From Candidatus Woesearchaeota archaeon (lineage in GTDB: Archaea > Nanobdellota > Nanobdellia > Woesearchaeales > JAGWAF01): a stretch of DNA of 37,460 nucleotides. The stretch lies in NCBI GenBank assembly GCA_016932755.1, contig JAFGCE010000057.1:1-37460 (forward strand). The letters run 5' to 3'. The notes below the pieces were generated by a model. That model had not been told where the DNA came from and ran no database searches. It worked only from the letters and a program-made list of their open reading frames with translations. The stretch's first letter is position 1; every line of letters begins with the position of its first letter. The translations under genes were made by a program, and so were the position numbers. Shown piece after piece: positions 27,062 to 36,440 of this stretch.

Positions 27062-28336
27062 ATGAATGCAAAACCAGGCGACAAAGTAAGGGTTGTTACA
27101 GAAGAGGAAGAGTTTGAGGGAATTCTTATGCCAAGGCCTGAGATTCTTGAAGAGGGAATCACTGTTGTAAAGCTTGGCAACGGATATAATATTGGCGTCA
27201 AAGACAAGAAAATCAAGAAGATTGAAGTTCTGGAAGAGTACAAGCCTAAAGAAGCCAAGAAGCCAAAGATTTCGTTTGACAAGAAGCTTCCAAATGTTTC
27301 TGTCCTTTCAACAGGAGGGACAATCTCCTCAAAAATAGACTACAGGACAGGCGGTGTAAAGGCAGACTACACTGCAGAGGATTTTGTGCAGATGATGCCT
27401 GAGATTGCGAAAGCTGCAAACCTTAAAGCAAAAAAAGTCATGTCAATGATGAGCGAGGACTTTGCCCCAAAAGACTGGAAAGTTATTGCAAAGGCAGTTG
27501 CAGAAGAGCTGAAAGAAGCTGACGGAGTTGTTGTTACAATGGGAACAGACACTTTGCATATTGCAGCAGCAGCTTTGGGATTTTTCTTAAAGGATTTAAA
27601 CAAGCCTGTTGTCATAACAGCCTCCCAAAGAAGCATTGACAGGGGAAGCTCTGATGCATTCATGAATTTAATTTGCGCTGCAACAGCAGCTGCAAAGTCA
27701 GACATTGCTGAAGTTGTAACCTGCCTGCACGGAACAACAAATGATGATTACTGCTTGCTGAATAGGGGAACCAAAGTAAGGAAGATGCACACCTCAAGAA
27801 GGGATGCTTTCAGGCCGATTAATGAACTGCCTTTGGCAAAGGTTTATCCTAACGGAAAGATTGAGGTTTTGAATAAAAATTACAGGAAAAAAGGAAAAGG
27901 AAAAACAACAGTTGATGACAAGTTTGAGGAAAAAACCGCTTTGATACAAATATTCCCCGGCATAGACGGGGAAGTAATTGACTTTTTTGTCAACAGAGGG
28001 TATAAAGGGATTGTTTTGGCTGCAACAGCGCTGGGGCATGTTCCGCAGTATATCTACCCTAATATAGAAAAAGCAATGAAAAAGAATATTCCTGTTGTGA
28101 TTGCAACCCAGACATTATACGGAAGGGTTCATCCCCTGGTTTATTCTGCTCTTAGGAATCTTTCAATAAAGTTGAAATGCATTTTTGCCGAGGACATGCT
28201 TCCTGAAACAGCTTATGTAAAATTAGGATGGGTTCTTGGGCATACAACAAAGCCTGAAGAAGTAAAGAAAATGATGCTTGCTAAAGCTGCCGGAGAAGTC
28301 AGCGACAGGCACCAGCCTGATTCTTTCCTGTATTAA
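27062..28336 (+). CDS. gatD: Glu-tRNA(Gln) amidotransferase subunit D
   Basis: N-terminal KLGNGYNIG domain, TGGTISS, GTDT, SQRSIDRGSSD, KMHTSRRDAF, DMLPETAYVKL. Confidence 0.96.
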   Translation: MNAKPGDKVRVVTEEEEFEGILMPRPEILEEGITVVKLGNGYNIGVKDKKIKKIEVLEEYKPKEAKKPKISFDKKLPNVSVLSTGGTISSKIDYRTGGVKADYTAEDFVQMMPEIAKAANLKAKKVMSMMSEDFAPKDWKVIAKAVAEELKEADGVVVTMGTDTLHIAAAALGFFLKDLNKPVVITASQRSIDRGSSDAFMNLICAATAAAKSDIAEVVTCLHGTTNDDYCLLNRGTKVRKMHTSRRDAFRPINELPLAKVYPNGKIEVLNKNYRKKGKGKTTVDDKFEEKTALIQIFPGIDGEVIDFFVNRGYKGIVLAATALGHVPQYIYPNIEKAMKKNIPVVIATQTLYGRVHPLVYSALRNLSIKLKCIFAEDMLPETAYVKLGWVLGHTTKPEEVKKMMLAKAAGEVSDRHQPDSFLY

Positions 28337-28377
28337 AACCCCTAAGTTTTATAAGCAAGCAATTTTTTGTTATTGGA

Positions 28378-28758
28378 ATGGGAGTTTACCAAACAACCTC
28401 AGGAAAAGCTGTGGAATTTCCTGAAGGTCTTGAAAGGGTAGTTGCCGGGGAGCCAGCTATAGCTGAGAAATTCGTTAACAATGCCCCTGGAATGGAGGAT
28501 TTACAGTGTGTTTTCTATTTAGGAAAAGTTAATGGCGATATGCATGCGCAGTGCAGGACTGATTTTATAGGAAATGATAAAAAGAAAGGAATGATGATAG
28601 TTGAAGTGCATTCAGACTCTTCTCCATTGCCAGGAAACATGAATTCAGAAGAGATGCAGGACTTCTATTTGGGGCTGTACATAAACATGACCTCAGTAGC
28701 CCGTGATTATTTTGATGACAACTGGGTTGAGTGCTTGGGAGAAGTCAAATTAAAATAA
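28378..28758 (+). CDS. Hypothetical protein
   Basis: 126-aa ORF; TTTATAA begins 30 nt upstream; no motif recognised. Confidence 0.75.
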   Translation: MGVYQTTSGKAVEFPEGLERVVAGEPAIAEKFVNNAPGMEDLQCVFYLGKVNGDMHAQCRTDFIGNDKKKGMMIVEVHSDSSPLPGNMNSEEMQDFYLGLYINMTSVARDYFDDNWVECLGEVKLK

Positions 28759-28761
28759 AAA

Positions 28762-30618
28762 TCATTCCTCAAATTCATGAGGAAGTATGTTTTCTTTGCC
28801 GAACCTTTCTTTTGCATGCCTGAGCCTTTTTTCCTGCTGTTCAAGGTGCTCGATAAATACATGAGGTATCCCCTGCTCTGAATTGTATATTCCTCTTACC
28901 CTCTCAAACCTTTCGATAAGCTTGGATGTCCTTATCATAAACTGCTCATTGTATTCCTCTTCTGTGTAATCCTTGTCAAATATCTGCTTAAACAGCATCT
29001 TAAGGTCCTTGTATTTCGGGATGTATCCTATAGGCGTTTCAATTGCGTGGAACTCCTCATGGGCTCTTCCTTCCATCCACATCAGCCAGACCTTTTTGTC
29101 TGTCTTCTCATTCATGAATTTGCCGTCCTTCTTGAGGAAATAGTTTGTAGTGAAAACCAGAGGAGGTTTGTCAAGCTTCTCCCCAAACTTGATGTGGTTT
29201 TGTATGTAAACACTGAGAGGAACAACAAGAAAGTCTATATTTGCCATTGGGTTATGAACCCTGATTCCTTCCTGCCCTATTGTTGCTGCTGTTGTTTCAG
29301 ACTCAAGGCAGGCTCCCAAAAAAACACCATGATGCCAGCTAAGAGCCTGGCATACAGGAACGCTTGTGTCTGAGTCCCTTCCTCCGTAAATAATTCCCTG
29401 GACAGGCACTCCCTTAGGGTCTTCCAGATGAGGGTCTGCGTTCTCAAGCTCGCTGATTTTTATAGTATACCTTGCGTTTTTGTGCGCAGGAGGAACTTCT
29501 TTTCCGTCAGGGCCTTTTTTCCCTTCTTTCCATTCTCCAGAAAAGTTGAATCCTTCCTTAGGAATTTCTTTGCCCATCCCAAGCCAGTAAGGGATTTTGT
29601 CCTTTACAAGAACATTGGAGAATATTACCTCCCTTTCTGTTGTGAGGGTTTTGTAAATCAGGGGGTCGTCAATAGGATTAACATCCTGGATTATTCCGAA
29701 TATGCCCCTCTCAACATTGACTGCTTTTGCCCTTCCGCCGTGGCTGACTCTTATGTAGGCAATGTCATCGCCTATAATTGTCTGCCCAGGAATCATTGCT
29801 GTTGATGTTTTCCCGCAGGCAGAAGGGAACGCTCCTGTGAAATATGTAACTCTTTTTTTACCTTCAGGATGAACGCCCATTATGAACATGTGCTCGCAAA
29901 GCCAGTCTTCCTGATGCGCCTTTTTTATTGCAAGCCTCAGTGCAAGTTTTTTTAGTCCTACACTATTGCCTGCATACTGGTTGTTGACTGTCAGAACCCT
30001 GTCTCCTTCAATGTCTATGTAAATTCTCTTCTTGTCCACATCAAGGCTGCTTCCTTTTTCATCAAGCCTTCCTGCTGAATGGACAAAATGAAAAAAGTCT
30101 GATGAGCCCTTAAGCTTCTTGAACTGCTCATATCCCTGCCTGTAAAGCAATTCTTCGCTGTGGGCAACATAAGCCGAGTCTGTTATCTGCAGTGAAGGGA
30201 TTGAAAACACAGAACCTGTTGGCCCAAGGCAAAAAAATCTTATAAGCATCTCTTTTCCTTCCATTATGCCTTCCATAAATCCAAAAATCTCTTCAAGGCA
30301 CTCGTCCCTGTTTCCGCAGTTTATAACTTTGCTAAGGCAAAGGTTGCCTGACATAAGAACTTTTGTCACTTCCTTGTCCCTTCCCTGGTCATAATAGCCG
30401 TCAAAGTGGACTGTATGCCCTTTCATTGCGAGCTTTTTTTCTTCGCCTTTTTTCAGGGCAAGCTCTCTTACATAATTAATATCCTCAGCAGAATCTGTTA
30501 CAACAGTGACTTTTGCAGGCCTGCAAATGCCGATATATTTCTTGACTATATTCATCACATGCGGATTTTTCAAAGCTTCTAATTTCTTCAGGCTTTCGCC
30601 TGTTAGCAGTTCAGACAT
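28762..30618 (-). CDS. pckG: Phosphoenolpyruvate carboxykinase (GTP)
   Basis: ITDSAYV, YAGNSVGLKKLALR, WLCEHM, GAFPSACGKTS, IGDDIA, IYGGRD; SD GAGGTGA. Confidence 0.96.
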   Translation of the reverse strand: MSELLTGESLKKLEALKNPHVMNIVKKYIGICRPAKVTVVTDSAEDINYVRELALKKGEEKKLAMKGHTVHFDGYYDQGRDKEVTKVLMSGNLCLSKVINCGNRDECLEEIFGFMEGIMEGKEMLIRFFCLGPTGSVFSIPSLQITDSAYVAHSEELLYRQGYEQFKKLKGSSDFFHFVHSAGRLDEKGSSLDVDKKRIYIDIEGDRVLTVNNQYAGNSVGLKKLALRLAIKKAHQEDWLCEHMFIMGVHPEGKKRVTYFTGAFPSACGKTSTAMIPGQTIIGDDIAYIRVSHGGRAKAVNVERGIFGIIQDVNPIDDPLIYKTLTTEREVIFSNVLVKDKIPYWLGMGKEIPKEGFNFSGEWKEGKKGPDGKEVPPAHKNARYTIKISELENADPHLEDPKGVPVQGIIYGGRDSDTSVPVCQALSWHHGVFLGACLESETTAATIGQEGIRVHNPMANIDFLVVPLSVYIQNHIKFGEKLDKPPLVFTTNYFLKKDGKFMNEKTDKKVWLMWMEGRAHEEFHAIETPIGYIPKYKDLKMLFKQIFDKDYTEEEYNEQFMIRTSKLIERFERVRGIYNSEQGIPHVFIEHLEQQEKRLRHAKERFGKENILPHEFEE

Positions 30619-30740
30619 AATTTCACCTCACCCATTTGTCATTTCCGTGCTTTGTTTAGAGAAGTCATATTTAATATTAACGATTTTGAGGAGGGACAGG
30701 GGAAAAGATTATATTTAAGTTTGACTGGGATGGTGATATA

Positions 30741-31001
30741 ATGCAATACATAGCTGACTTAATCAACAAAATCAAATGGGATGAGAACGAAAATCCTGAG
30801 GATTATGTTATCGGCTATGAGGACAGGATTTCAAAGAAGATTGTTGAGATAAAGTTCACAGAAATAAAAAGAATAGAGGGAAACTTCATGGTTCTTGAAA
30901 GGGATTTAGAAGAAGTGGATATTCCTATGCACAGGATAAGGGTTGTTAAAAAACAGGGAAATATTGTCTGGGAAAGAGCTAAAGCTCATGAAGAACCATA
31001 A
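30741..31001 (+). CDS. DUF504 / MJ1316-like RNA-repair-associated domain protein
   Basis: LINKIKWD, IGYEDR, IPMHRI, IVWER; GGTGA RBS. Confidence 0.85.
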   Translation: MQYIADLINKIKWDENENPEDYVIGYEDRISKKIVEIKFTEIKRIEGNFMVLERDLEEVDIPMHRIRVVKKQGNIVWERAKAHEEP

Positions 31002-31419
31002 GAGTTTGTGTTGTCCCTATCCCTTTCTGCCCCCTTAAAACACCTGTTATGAACTTGTCAAGAGAAACAATGTCTTTTGCCCTAATCTTGAGTATCATGT
31101 CAAAAGCGCCTGTGACCATGCACGCTTCCTCAACCTCCTCATAAGACCTGAGCTTTTTTGCAAACTGCTCCTGGCTTACCTTTGCCTCCTTAAGGCACTT
31201 ATAATCAAGAGATATCAAGGTGTATGCTGCCAGCGGCTTTCCTATTTTTTGGTAGTCCAGATTAAGGGTATAGCCTTTGATGAACCCTTCTTTCTCAAGC
31301 TTTTTTATCCTGTTATGGACAGTTGTTATCGGAATTAATGTCTGCTTTGAGATTTCGTGCGTCGAAAGCTTGGCGTTTTCCTTTAGTATTTTGATAATTT
31401 TTTCATCTTTTTCGTCCAT
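30979..31419 (-). CDS. Lrp/AsnC family transcriptional regulator
   Basis: MDEKDEKIIKILKENAK..TTVHNRIKKLEKEGFI..VTGAFD..T.T. Start moved to ATG 31419 (TTTAAATA begins 31450). Confidence 0.93.
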   Translation of the reverse strand: MDEKDEKIIKILKENAKLSTHEISKQTLIPITTVHNRIKKLEKEGFIKGYTLNLDYQKIGKPLAAYTLISLDYKCLKEAKVSQEQFAKKLRSYEEVEEACMVTGAFDMILKIRAKDIVSLDKFITGVLRGQKGIGTTQTLMVLHEL

Positions 31420-31421
31420 AA

Positions 31422-31436
31422 TGGAATAATATTCCA
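31422..31436. promoter_or_regulatory. Palindrome TGGAATA-A-TATTCCA, candidate Lrp operator
   Basis: Perfect 7-bp arms with an AT core, between the TATA box and start codon of the Lrp gene. Confidence 0.55.
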
Positions 31437-31523
31437 AATAACTATTTAAATTTTGTCTTTTTTGGAAAATTTTTTGCTTAAAAACCCGAAATCTTTATAA
31501 TTTATAAAATATATATAGATAAG

Positions 31524-31637
31524 ATGGCACTTAAACCAAGACTGTCAATGGAGTTCTATACAAGGAAGGTTCTTAAGGCAGTTCCTAAACCTGCTCCTGG
31601 TTTTGATTATGAAGAAACAGAATATGTTGCAATGTAA
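31524..31637 (+). CDS. Unannotated 37-aa protein MALKPRLSMEFYTRKVLKAVPKPAPGFDYEETEYVAM
   Basis: BRE-like CGAAA plus TTTATAA beginning at 31494, 30 nt before the ATG; the stop abuts the convergent gene at 31638. Confidence 0.7.
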   Translation: MALKPRLSMEFYTRKVLKAVPKPAPGFDYEETEYVAM

Positions 31638-32231
31638 TCATTCTAAAACTTTTAGATAAGAAGATTCAAGCATGTGGTTAGGGTTGTATTCGCCGGTATT
31701 GTCCCTTAGCTTGGGCATCCAGACATTGAAGAATAATGACTCAAACTTGTCAATAAAAGTTGCAGGCCAGCTTAATGTTGAAAACTGAAGATCTTCCAGC
31801 GCCTTTTTCCTTTTTTTGTCATCCATCCCTGCAATATCCACCTCAGGATTAGGTATAAGATGCCTTCCGTAAAGAAAGATGACATAGTCCAGCAGATTGC
31901 TTTCAAATCTTTCTGCGTCAGGTGTTTCAGAATCATGGACACCAAAAAGAGCCCTTAAGCAGACCAAGTCCTGCAAAAAACTTGTGAACGGTATTATTTC
32001 CTTGCTTCCGCAAAACCTCTGGCCAACTCTTCCCTCTGCGCCGTTAAAATAAAGACTTTTTCTGTCAGGCCTTGTGACAACCAAGTCATACTTAACTGCA
32101 GCCCCGCTGCCAATGTATTCATCAACACTCCTGTAAGTCCTAAGCTTGTCTTCAAGATAAAGAAATTTATGCGAATCTGATTCAAACACAAACTCTTTTT
32201 CAGGGATTTCCTGTGAAAATACTACTTTCAT
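31638..32231 (-). CDS. Hypothetical protein
   Basis: Start moved to ATG 32231 (TTTATAA begins 32261 on - strand); no motif recognised. Confidence 0.7.
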   Translation of the reverse strand: MKVVFSQEIPEKEFVFESDSHKFLYLEDKLRTYRSVDEYIGSGAAVKYDLVVTRPDRKSLYFNGAEGRVGQRFCGSKEIIPFTSFLQDLVCLRALFGVHDSETPDAERFESNLLDYVIFLYGRHLIPNPEVDIAGMDDKKRKKALEDLQFSTLSWPATFIDKFESLFFNVWMPKLRDNTGEYNPNHMLESSYLKVLE

Positions 32232-32307
32232 GACTAAAAGTAAAAAACGCTCGCTTATAAAGATTAGTGAAGAAAAATATATAAACAAACTCCCAATTAG
32301 AGATTAT

Positions 32308-33729
32308 ATGGAACTTGACTACAGGAAGATTGGTTTCAGGAGCGGGCTTGAAATACACCAGCAGCTTGAAACAAACAAATTGTTCTGCAAATGCCCTTCT
32401 TTAGTCAACGACCCCCGCAAGGCCGACATAAAAGTCACAAGAAGCCTCAGGCCTGTTGTCGGAGAGACAGGCGAAGTTGATGTTGCTGCTTTGCACGAGA
32501 TGAAAAAAGGGAGGCAGTTTGTTTATGAGGCATGCACCACATCAAGCTGCCTTGTTGAGCTGGATGAAGAGCCGCCGCATCCTCTTAATGAGGAAGCCCT
32601 CAACATTGCACTGCAGGTTGCAGGCATGCTTAACGCAAAAATCGTTGACGAAATACAGGTAATGAGGAAGACAGTAATAGACGGAAGCAATGTTTCAGGT
32701 TTCCAGAGAACCGCCCTGGTTGCGAGAAACGGGTTTTTGGAGACATCAAAAGGAAAAGTAAGAATACCTACAATCTGCCTTGAAGAAGAGGCTGCAAAAA
32801 GAATAAGGGAAGACGACAAATCAGTTACATTCAGGTTAGACAGGCTGGGAGTTCCGCTTATTGAAATCGGGACAGAGCCTGACATAATAGACCCTGAGCA
32901 TGCAAAGGAGACTGCGGAAAAGATAGGCATGATACTGAGAAGCACAGGCAGGGTAAAAAGGGGGATCGGCTCTGTAAGGCAGGATATCAATGTAAGCATT
33001 AAAGGCCATCCAAGAGTTGAGATAAAAGGATTCCAGGACTTAAGGTCAATACCAAAAATTCTTGATTATGAAGTCAAAAGGCAGATGAAAGAGGCAAAGC
33101 AGGGAAATAAGCCAGAGCCCCATGTAAGAAAAGCAGAGCCAGACATGACAACATCATTCCTTAGGCCAATGCCCGGCTCTGCAAGGATGTATCCTGAAAC
33201 AGATGTTGTTCCTGTCAAGCCGGCAAAGCTAAAAATGGAAAAAGTTGAGCTTATAGAGGACAAGGTAAAAAGAATCGAATCACTTGGGATAGGGGCAGAC
33301 CTTGCAAAGCATGTTGTAAAATCAGGAAAAGACAGGTTTGTTGAGGAATCTGCAAAAAAATACAGGAATCTGAAGCCAACATTTATTGCTGAAACAGCAA
33401 TGACATCTGTTTCCCAGGTAAAGAAGCAGTTCAATATAGACATCAGCCCTTCTGATGATGACTTTGAAATTTTGTTCAAAGAGCTTAATGATGAAAAGAT
33501 AGCAAAAGAAAGCATACTTGAAATTCTAAAGGAAAACAAGCCTGTAAAGGAAGTTATCTCAAAATACGAGCTTATGCCTGATGAGGATTTGAAGAGAGAG
33601 CTTAAGAAAATAGCTGATGAAAACAAGGGCGTGCCTTTCAATGCGCTGATAGGAAAAGCTATGGCAAATCTGAGGGGAAAAGCATCAGGAAAAAAGATAG
33701 CTGAACTTCTAAAAAACATAGCAAAATAA
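32308..33729 (+). CDS. gatE: Glu-tRNA(Gln) amidotransferase subunit E (short form)
   Basis: GLEIHQQL, CLVELDEEPP, MRKTVIDGSNVSGFQRT, LDRLGVPLIEI, RQDINVSI, RMYPETD. Start ATG 32308 (TATATAAA at 32278). Confidence 0.96.
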   Translation: MELDYRKIGFRSGLEIHQQLETNKLFCKCPSLVNDPRKADIKVTRSLRPVVGETGEVDVAALHEMKKGRQFVYEACTTSSCLVELDEEPPHPLNEEALNIALQVAGMLNAKIVDEIQVMRKTVIDGSNVSGFQRTALVARNGFLETSKGKVRIPTICLEEEAAKRIREDDKSVTFRLDRLGVPLIEIGTEPDIIDPEHAKETAEKIGMILRSTGRVKRGIGSVRQDINVSIKGHPRVEIKGFQDLRSIPKILDYEVKRQMKEAKQGNKPEPHVRKAEPDMTTSFLRPMPGSARMYPETDVVPVKPAKLKMEKVELIEDKVKRIESLGIGADLAKHVVKSGKDRFVEESAKKYRNLKPTFIAETAMTSVSQVKKQFNIDISPSDDDFEILFKELNDEKIAKESILEILKENKPVKEVISKYELMPDEDLKRELKKIADENKGVPFNALIGKAMANLRGKASGKKIAELLKNIAK

Positions 33730-33811
33730 GGCAAAAAGTTTATAAATAGACTCAAAATTGCTTCTATATATACCAATCTATAATAACAAAACAATTTGGG
33801 GTGAATTAAAT

Positions 33812-36439
33812 ATGTCTGAAAAATATGTGTACTCTTTTGAGGAAGGCAAAAAAGAGATGAAAATGCTTCTTGGAGGAAAAGGAGCAAACCTGGCTGAGAT
33901 GACAAGCCTGGGGATGCCGATTCCACCTGGATTTACAGTAACAACAGAGGTTTGCGACCTCTATTACAAAAACGGCAGAAAGCATACTCCTCTAGTTATT
34001 GAGCAGATTGATAAAAAGCTCAAGGAGCTTGAGGAAAAGCAGGGCAAAAAACTGGGGGACAAGGAAGACCCTCTTCTTGTTTCTGTAAGGTCAGGAGCTG
34101 CTGTATCAATGCCGGGCATGATGGATACTGTCCTCAACCTGGGGCTTAATGACGAATCAGTCATAGGCATAGCAAAGAAAACCTCAAATGACAGGTTTGC
34201 GTGGGATTCTTACAGAAGATTCATACAGATGTTTGGAAATGTAGTTATGGGTGTTGAGCACAGCCAGTTTGAGGAAGTCCTTGACAAGGTAAAAGAAACA
34301 AAGGGTGTTGAGCTTGACACAGAGCTTGATACAGATGACCTGAAGGAAGTTGTAAAAGGCTACAAGGAAGTAATACAGAAGGAAAAAGGGAAGTCATTCC
34401 CCCAAAACCCAAGAGAACAGCTCCAGATGTCAATTGACGCTGTTTTCGGCTCATGGAACAACCCCAGGGCTATATCCTACAGGAGGATCAATGACATCAA
34501 GGGACTTCTTGGAACAGCTGTTAATGTCCAGACAATGGTCTTTGGAAATATGGGTGAAAACTCAGGCACAGGAGTGTGCTTCAGCAGAAACCCTTCAACA
34601 GGGGAAAACAAGTTCTACGGCGAATACCTTATGAATGCCCAGGGAGAGGACGTTGTTGCTGGAATAAGAACGCCCCATCCAATAAAAGAGCTTGAAAAAG
34701 CAATGCCAAAATGCTACAAAGAGCTTGTTGAGATAAGGGACAAGCTTGAGAAGCACTACAAAGACATGCAGGACATGGAATTCACAATACAGGAAGGCAA
34801 GCTTTACATGCTGCAGACAAGAAACGGAAAAAGGACTGCTGCAGCTGCTGTCAAGATTGCTGTTGACATGGAAAAAGAAAAGCTGATAAGCAAGAAAGAG
34901 GCGCTGATGAGAGTTGAGCCAAACCAGCTTAACCAGCTGCTTCACAAACAGCTTGACCCTATCGGAAAGCAGAAAGCTGAAGTTCTGGCAAAAGGGCTTC
35001 CTGCCTCGCCTGGGGCTGCTGTCGGAGAAGTTGCTTTCACAGCTGAAAAAGCGCATGAATGGGCTCAGGAAGGAAGAAAAGTCATACTTGTAAGGACAGA
35101 GACAAGCCCTGAAGACATTGAAGGCATGAATGCAGCGCAGGGAATCCTTACCTCAAGAGGAGGCATGACTTCGCACGCAGCTGTTGTCGCAAGAGGCATG
35201 GGAAAATGCTGTGTTGCGGGATGCTCAGATGTCAATGTCAAGGAAAAGGAAGGAATATTCACAGTTGGAAATATTACAGTAAAAGAAGGTGACTGGATAA
35301 CTCTTGACGGAACAGCAGGAGAGGTAATACTCGGGCAGGTTCCGACAACAGACCCGAGCCTAAGCGGAGACTTTGGAACCCTCATGGAATGGGCTGACGA
35401 AGTAAGAAAGCTTGGAGTCAGGACAAATGCAGACACGCCAAAAGACGCTGAAGTTGCAAAGAAATTCGGAGCAGAAGGAATCGGGCTTTGCAGAACAGAG
35501 CACATGTTCTTTGAAGGCGAGAGAATAAAGGCTGTCAGGGAAATGATACTTTCAAGCAATGTTGAAGGAAGGAAAAGAGCTTTGGTTAAGCTTCTTCCGA
35601 TGCAGCAGGGAGACTTTGAAGGGATTTTTGAGGTTATGGGCGAACTGCCTGTCACAATAAGGCTGCTTGACCCTCCGCTGCACGAGTTCCTGCCTCATGA
35701 AGAGAAGGATATTGAAGAGCTGGCAAAGGAAATGAATGTCAAGGCAGGTGTGCTGAAGGACAAAGTCAGTTCACTGCACGAATTAAACCCTATGCTTGGG
35801 CACAGGGGATGCAGGCTCGCAATAACATTCCCTGAAATTGCAGAAATGCAGGCTGAAGCAATAATCAAGGCAGCTATCAACACTGCAAAGAAAACAGGCA
35901 AGAAAATTGTTCCTGAAATAATGATTCCTCTTGTTGGAGAGGTAAAGGAGCTTGCCTACCTGAGGGAAGTTGTTGAGAAAAAAGTCAAGGAGATAATTGC
36001 AAAAGAGAAGTCAAGCATAAAATACAAGATAGGGACAATGATTGAGGTCCCAAGAGGGGCTTTGACAGCTGATGCTGTTGCAGAACATGCAGAGTTTTTC
36101 AGCTTCGGAACAAACGACTTGACTCAGATGACATTCGGATTCAGCAGAGACGACGTAGGAAAGTTCGTTCCTGAATACATCGAGAAAGGGATACTTGAGA
36201 AAGACCCTTTCCAGGTACTAGACCAGACAGGAGTCGGACAGCTTGTCAAGATGGCTGTTGAAAAAGGCAGAAAGACAAGAAAAGACCTTAAGCTGGGAAT
36301 CTGCGGAGAACACGGAGGAGAGCCAAGCTCAGTTGAGTTCTGCCATAATGCCGGCTTGACTTATGTAAGCTGCTCGCCTTACAGGGTTCCAATCGCAAGA
36401 TTGGCAGCTGCACATGCTGTGCTGAAAGAGAAGAAATAA
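33812..36439 (+). CDS. ppdK: Pyruvate, phosphate dikinase
   Basis: LLGGKGANLAEM, VSVRSGA..SMPGMMDT, GGMTSHAAVVARG with the phospho-His, GIGLCRTEHM, GTNDLTQ, GICGEHGG; SD GGGGTGA. Confidence 0.98.
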   Translation: MSEKYVYSFEEGKKEMKMLLGGKGANLAEMTSLGMPIPPGFTVTTEVCDLYYKNGRKHTPLVIEQIDKKLKELEEKQGKKLGDKEDPLLVSVRSGAAVSMPGMMDTVLNLGLNDESVIGIAKKTSNDRFAWDSYRRFIQMFGNVVMGVEHSQFEEVLDKVKETKGVELDTELDTDDLKEVVKGYKEVIQKEKGKSFPQNPREQLQMSIDAVFGSWNNPRAISYRRINDIKGLLGTAVNVQTMVFGNMGENSGTGVCFSRNPSTGENKFYGEYLMNAQGEDVVAGIRTPHPIKELEKAMPKCYKELVEIRDKLEKHYKDMQDMEFTIQEGKLYMLQTRNGKRTAAAAVKIAVDMEKEKLISKKEALMRVEPNQLNQLLHKQLDPIGKQKAEVLAKGLPASPGAAVGEVAFTAEKAHEWAQEGRKVILVRTETSPEDIEGMNAAQGILTSRGGMTSHAAVVARGMGKCCVAGCSDVNVKEKEGIFTVGNITVKEGDWITLDGTAGEVILGQVPTTDPSLSGDFGTLMEWADEVRKLGVRTNADTPKDAEVAKKFGAEGIGLCRTEHMFFEGERIKAVREMILSSNVEGRKRALVKLLPMQQGDFEGIFEVMGELPVTIRLLDPPLHEFLPHEEKDIEELAKEMNVKAGVLKDKVSSLHELNPMLGHRGCRLAITFPEIAEMQAEAIIKAAINTAKKTGKKIVPEIMIPLVGEVKELAYLREVVEKKVKEIIAKEKSSIKYKIGTMIEVPRGALTADAVAEHAEFFSFGTNDLTQMTFGFSRDDVGKFVPEYIEKGILEKDPFQVLDQTGVGQLVKMAVEKGRKTRKDLKLGICGEHGGEPSSVEFCHNAGLTYVSCSPYRVPIARLAAAHAVLKEKK

Positions 36440-36440
36440 A

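Noticed and set aside
31409..31417. TTTTCGTCC resembling a Ptr2 half-site
   Set aside because: Explained by the first codons (M-D-E-K) of the Lrp gene; no second half-site.
33066..33926. 286-aa - strand ORF
   Set aside because: Antisense shadow spanning gatE and ppdK.
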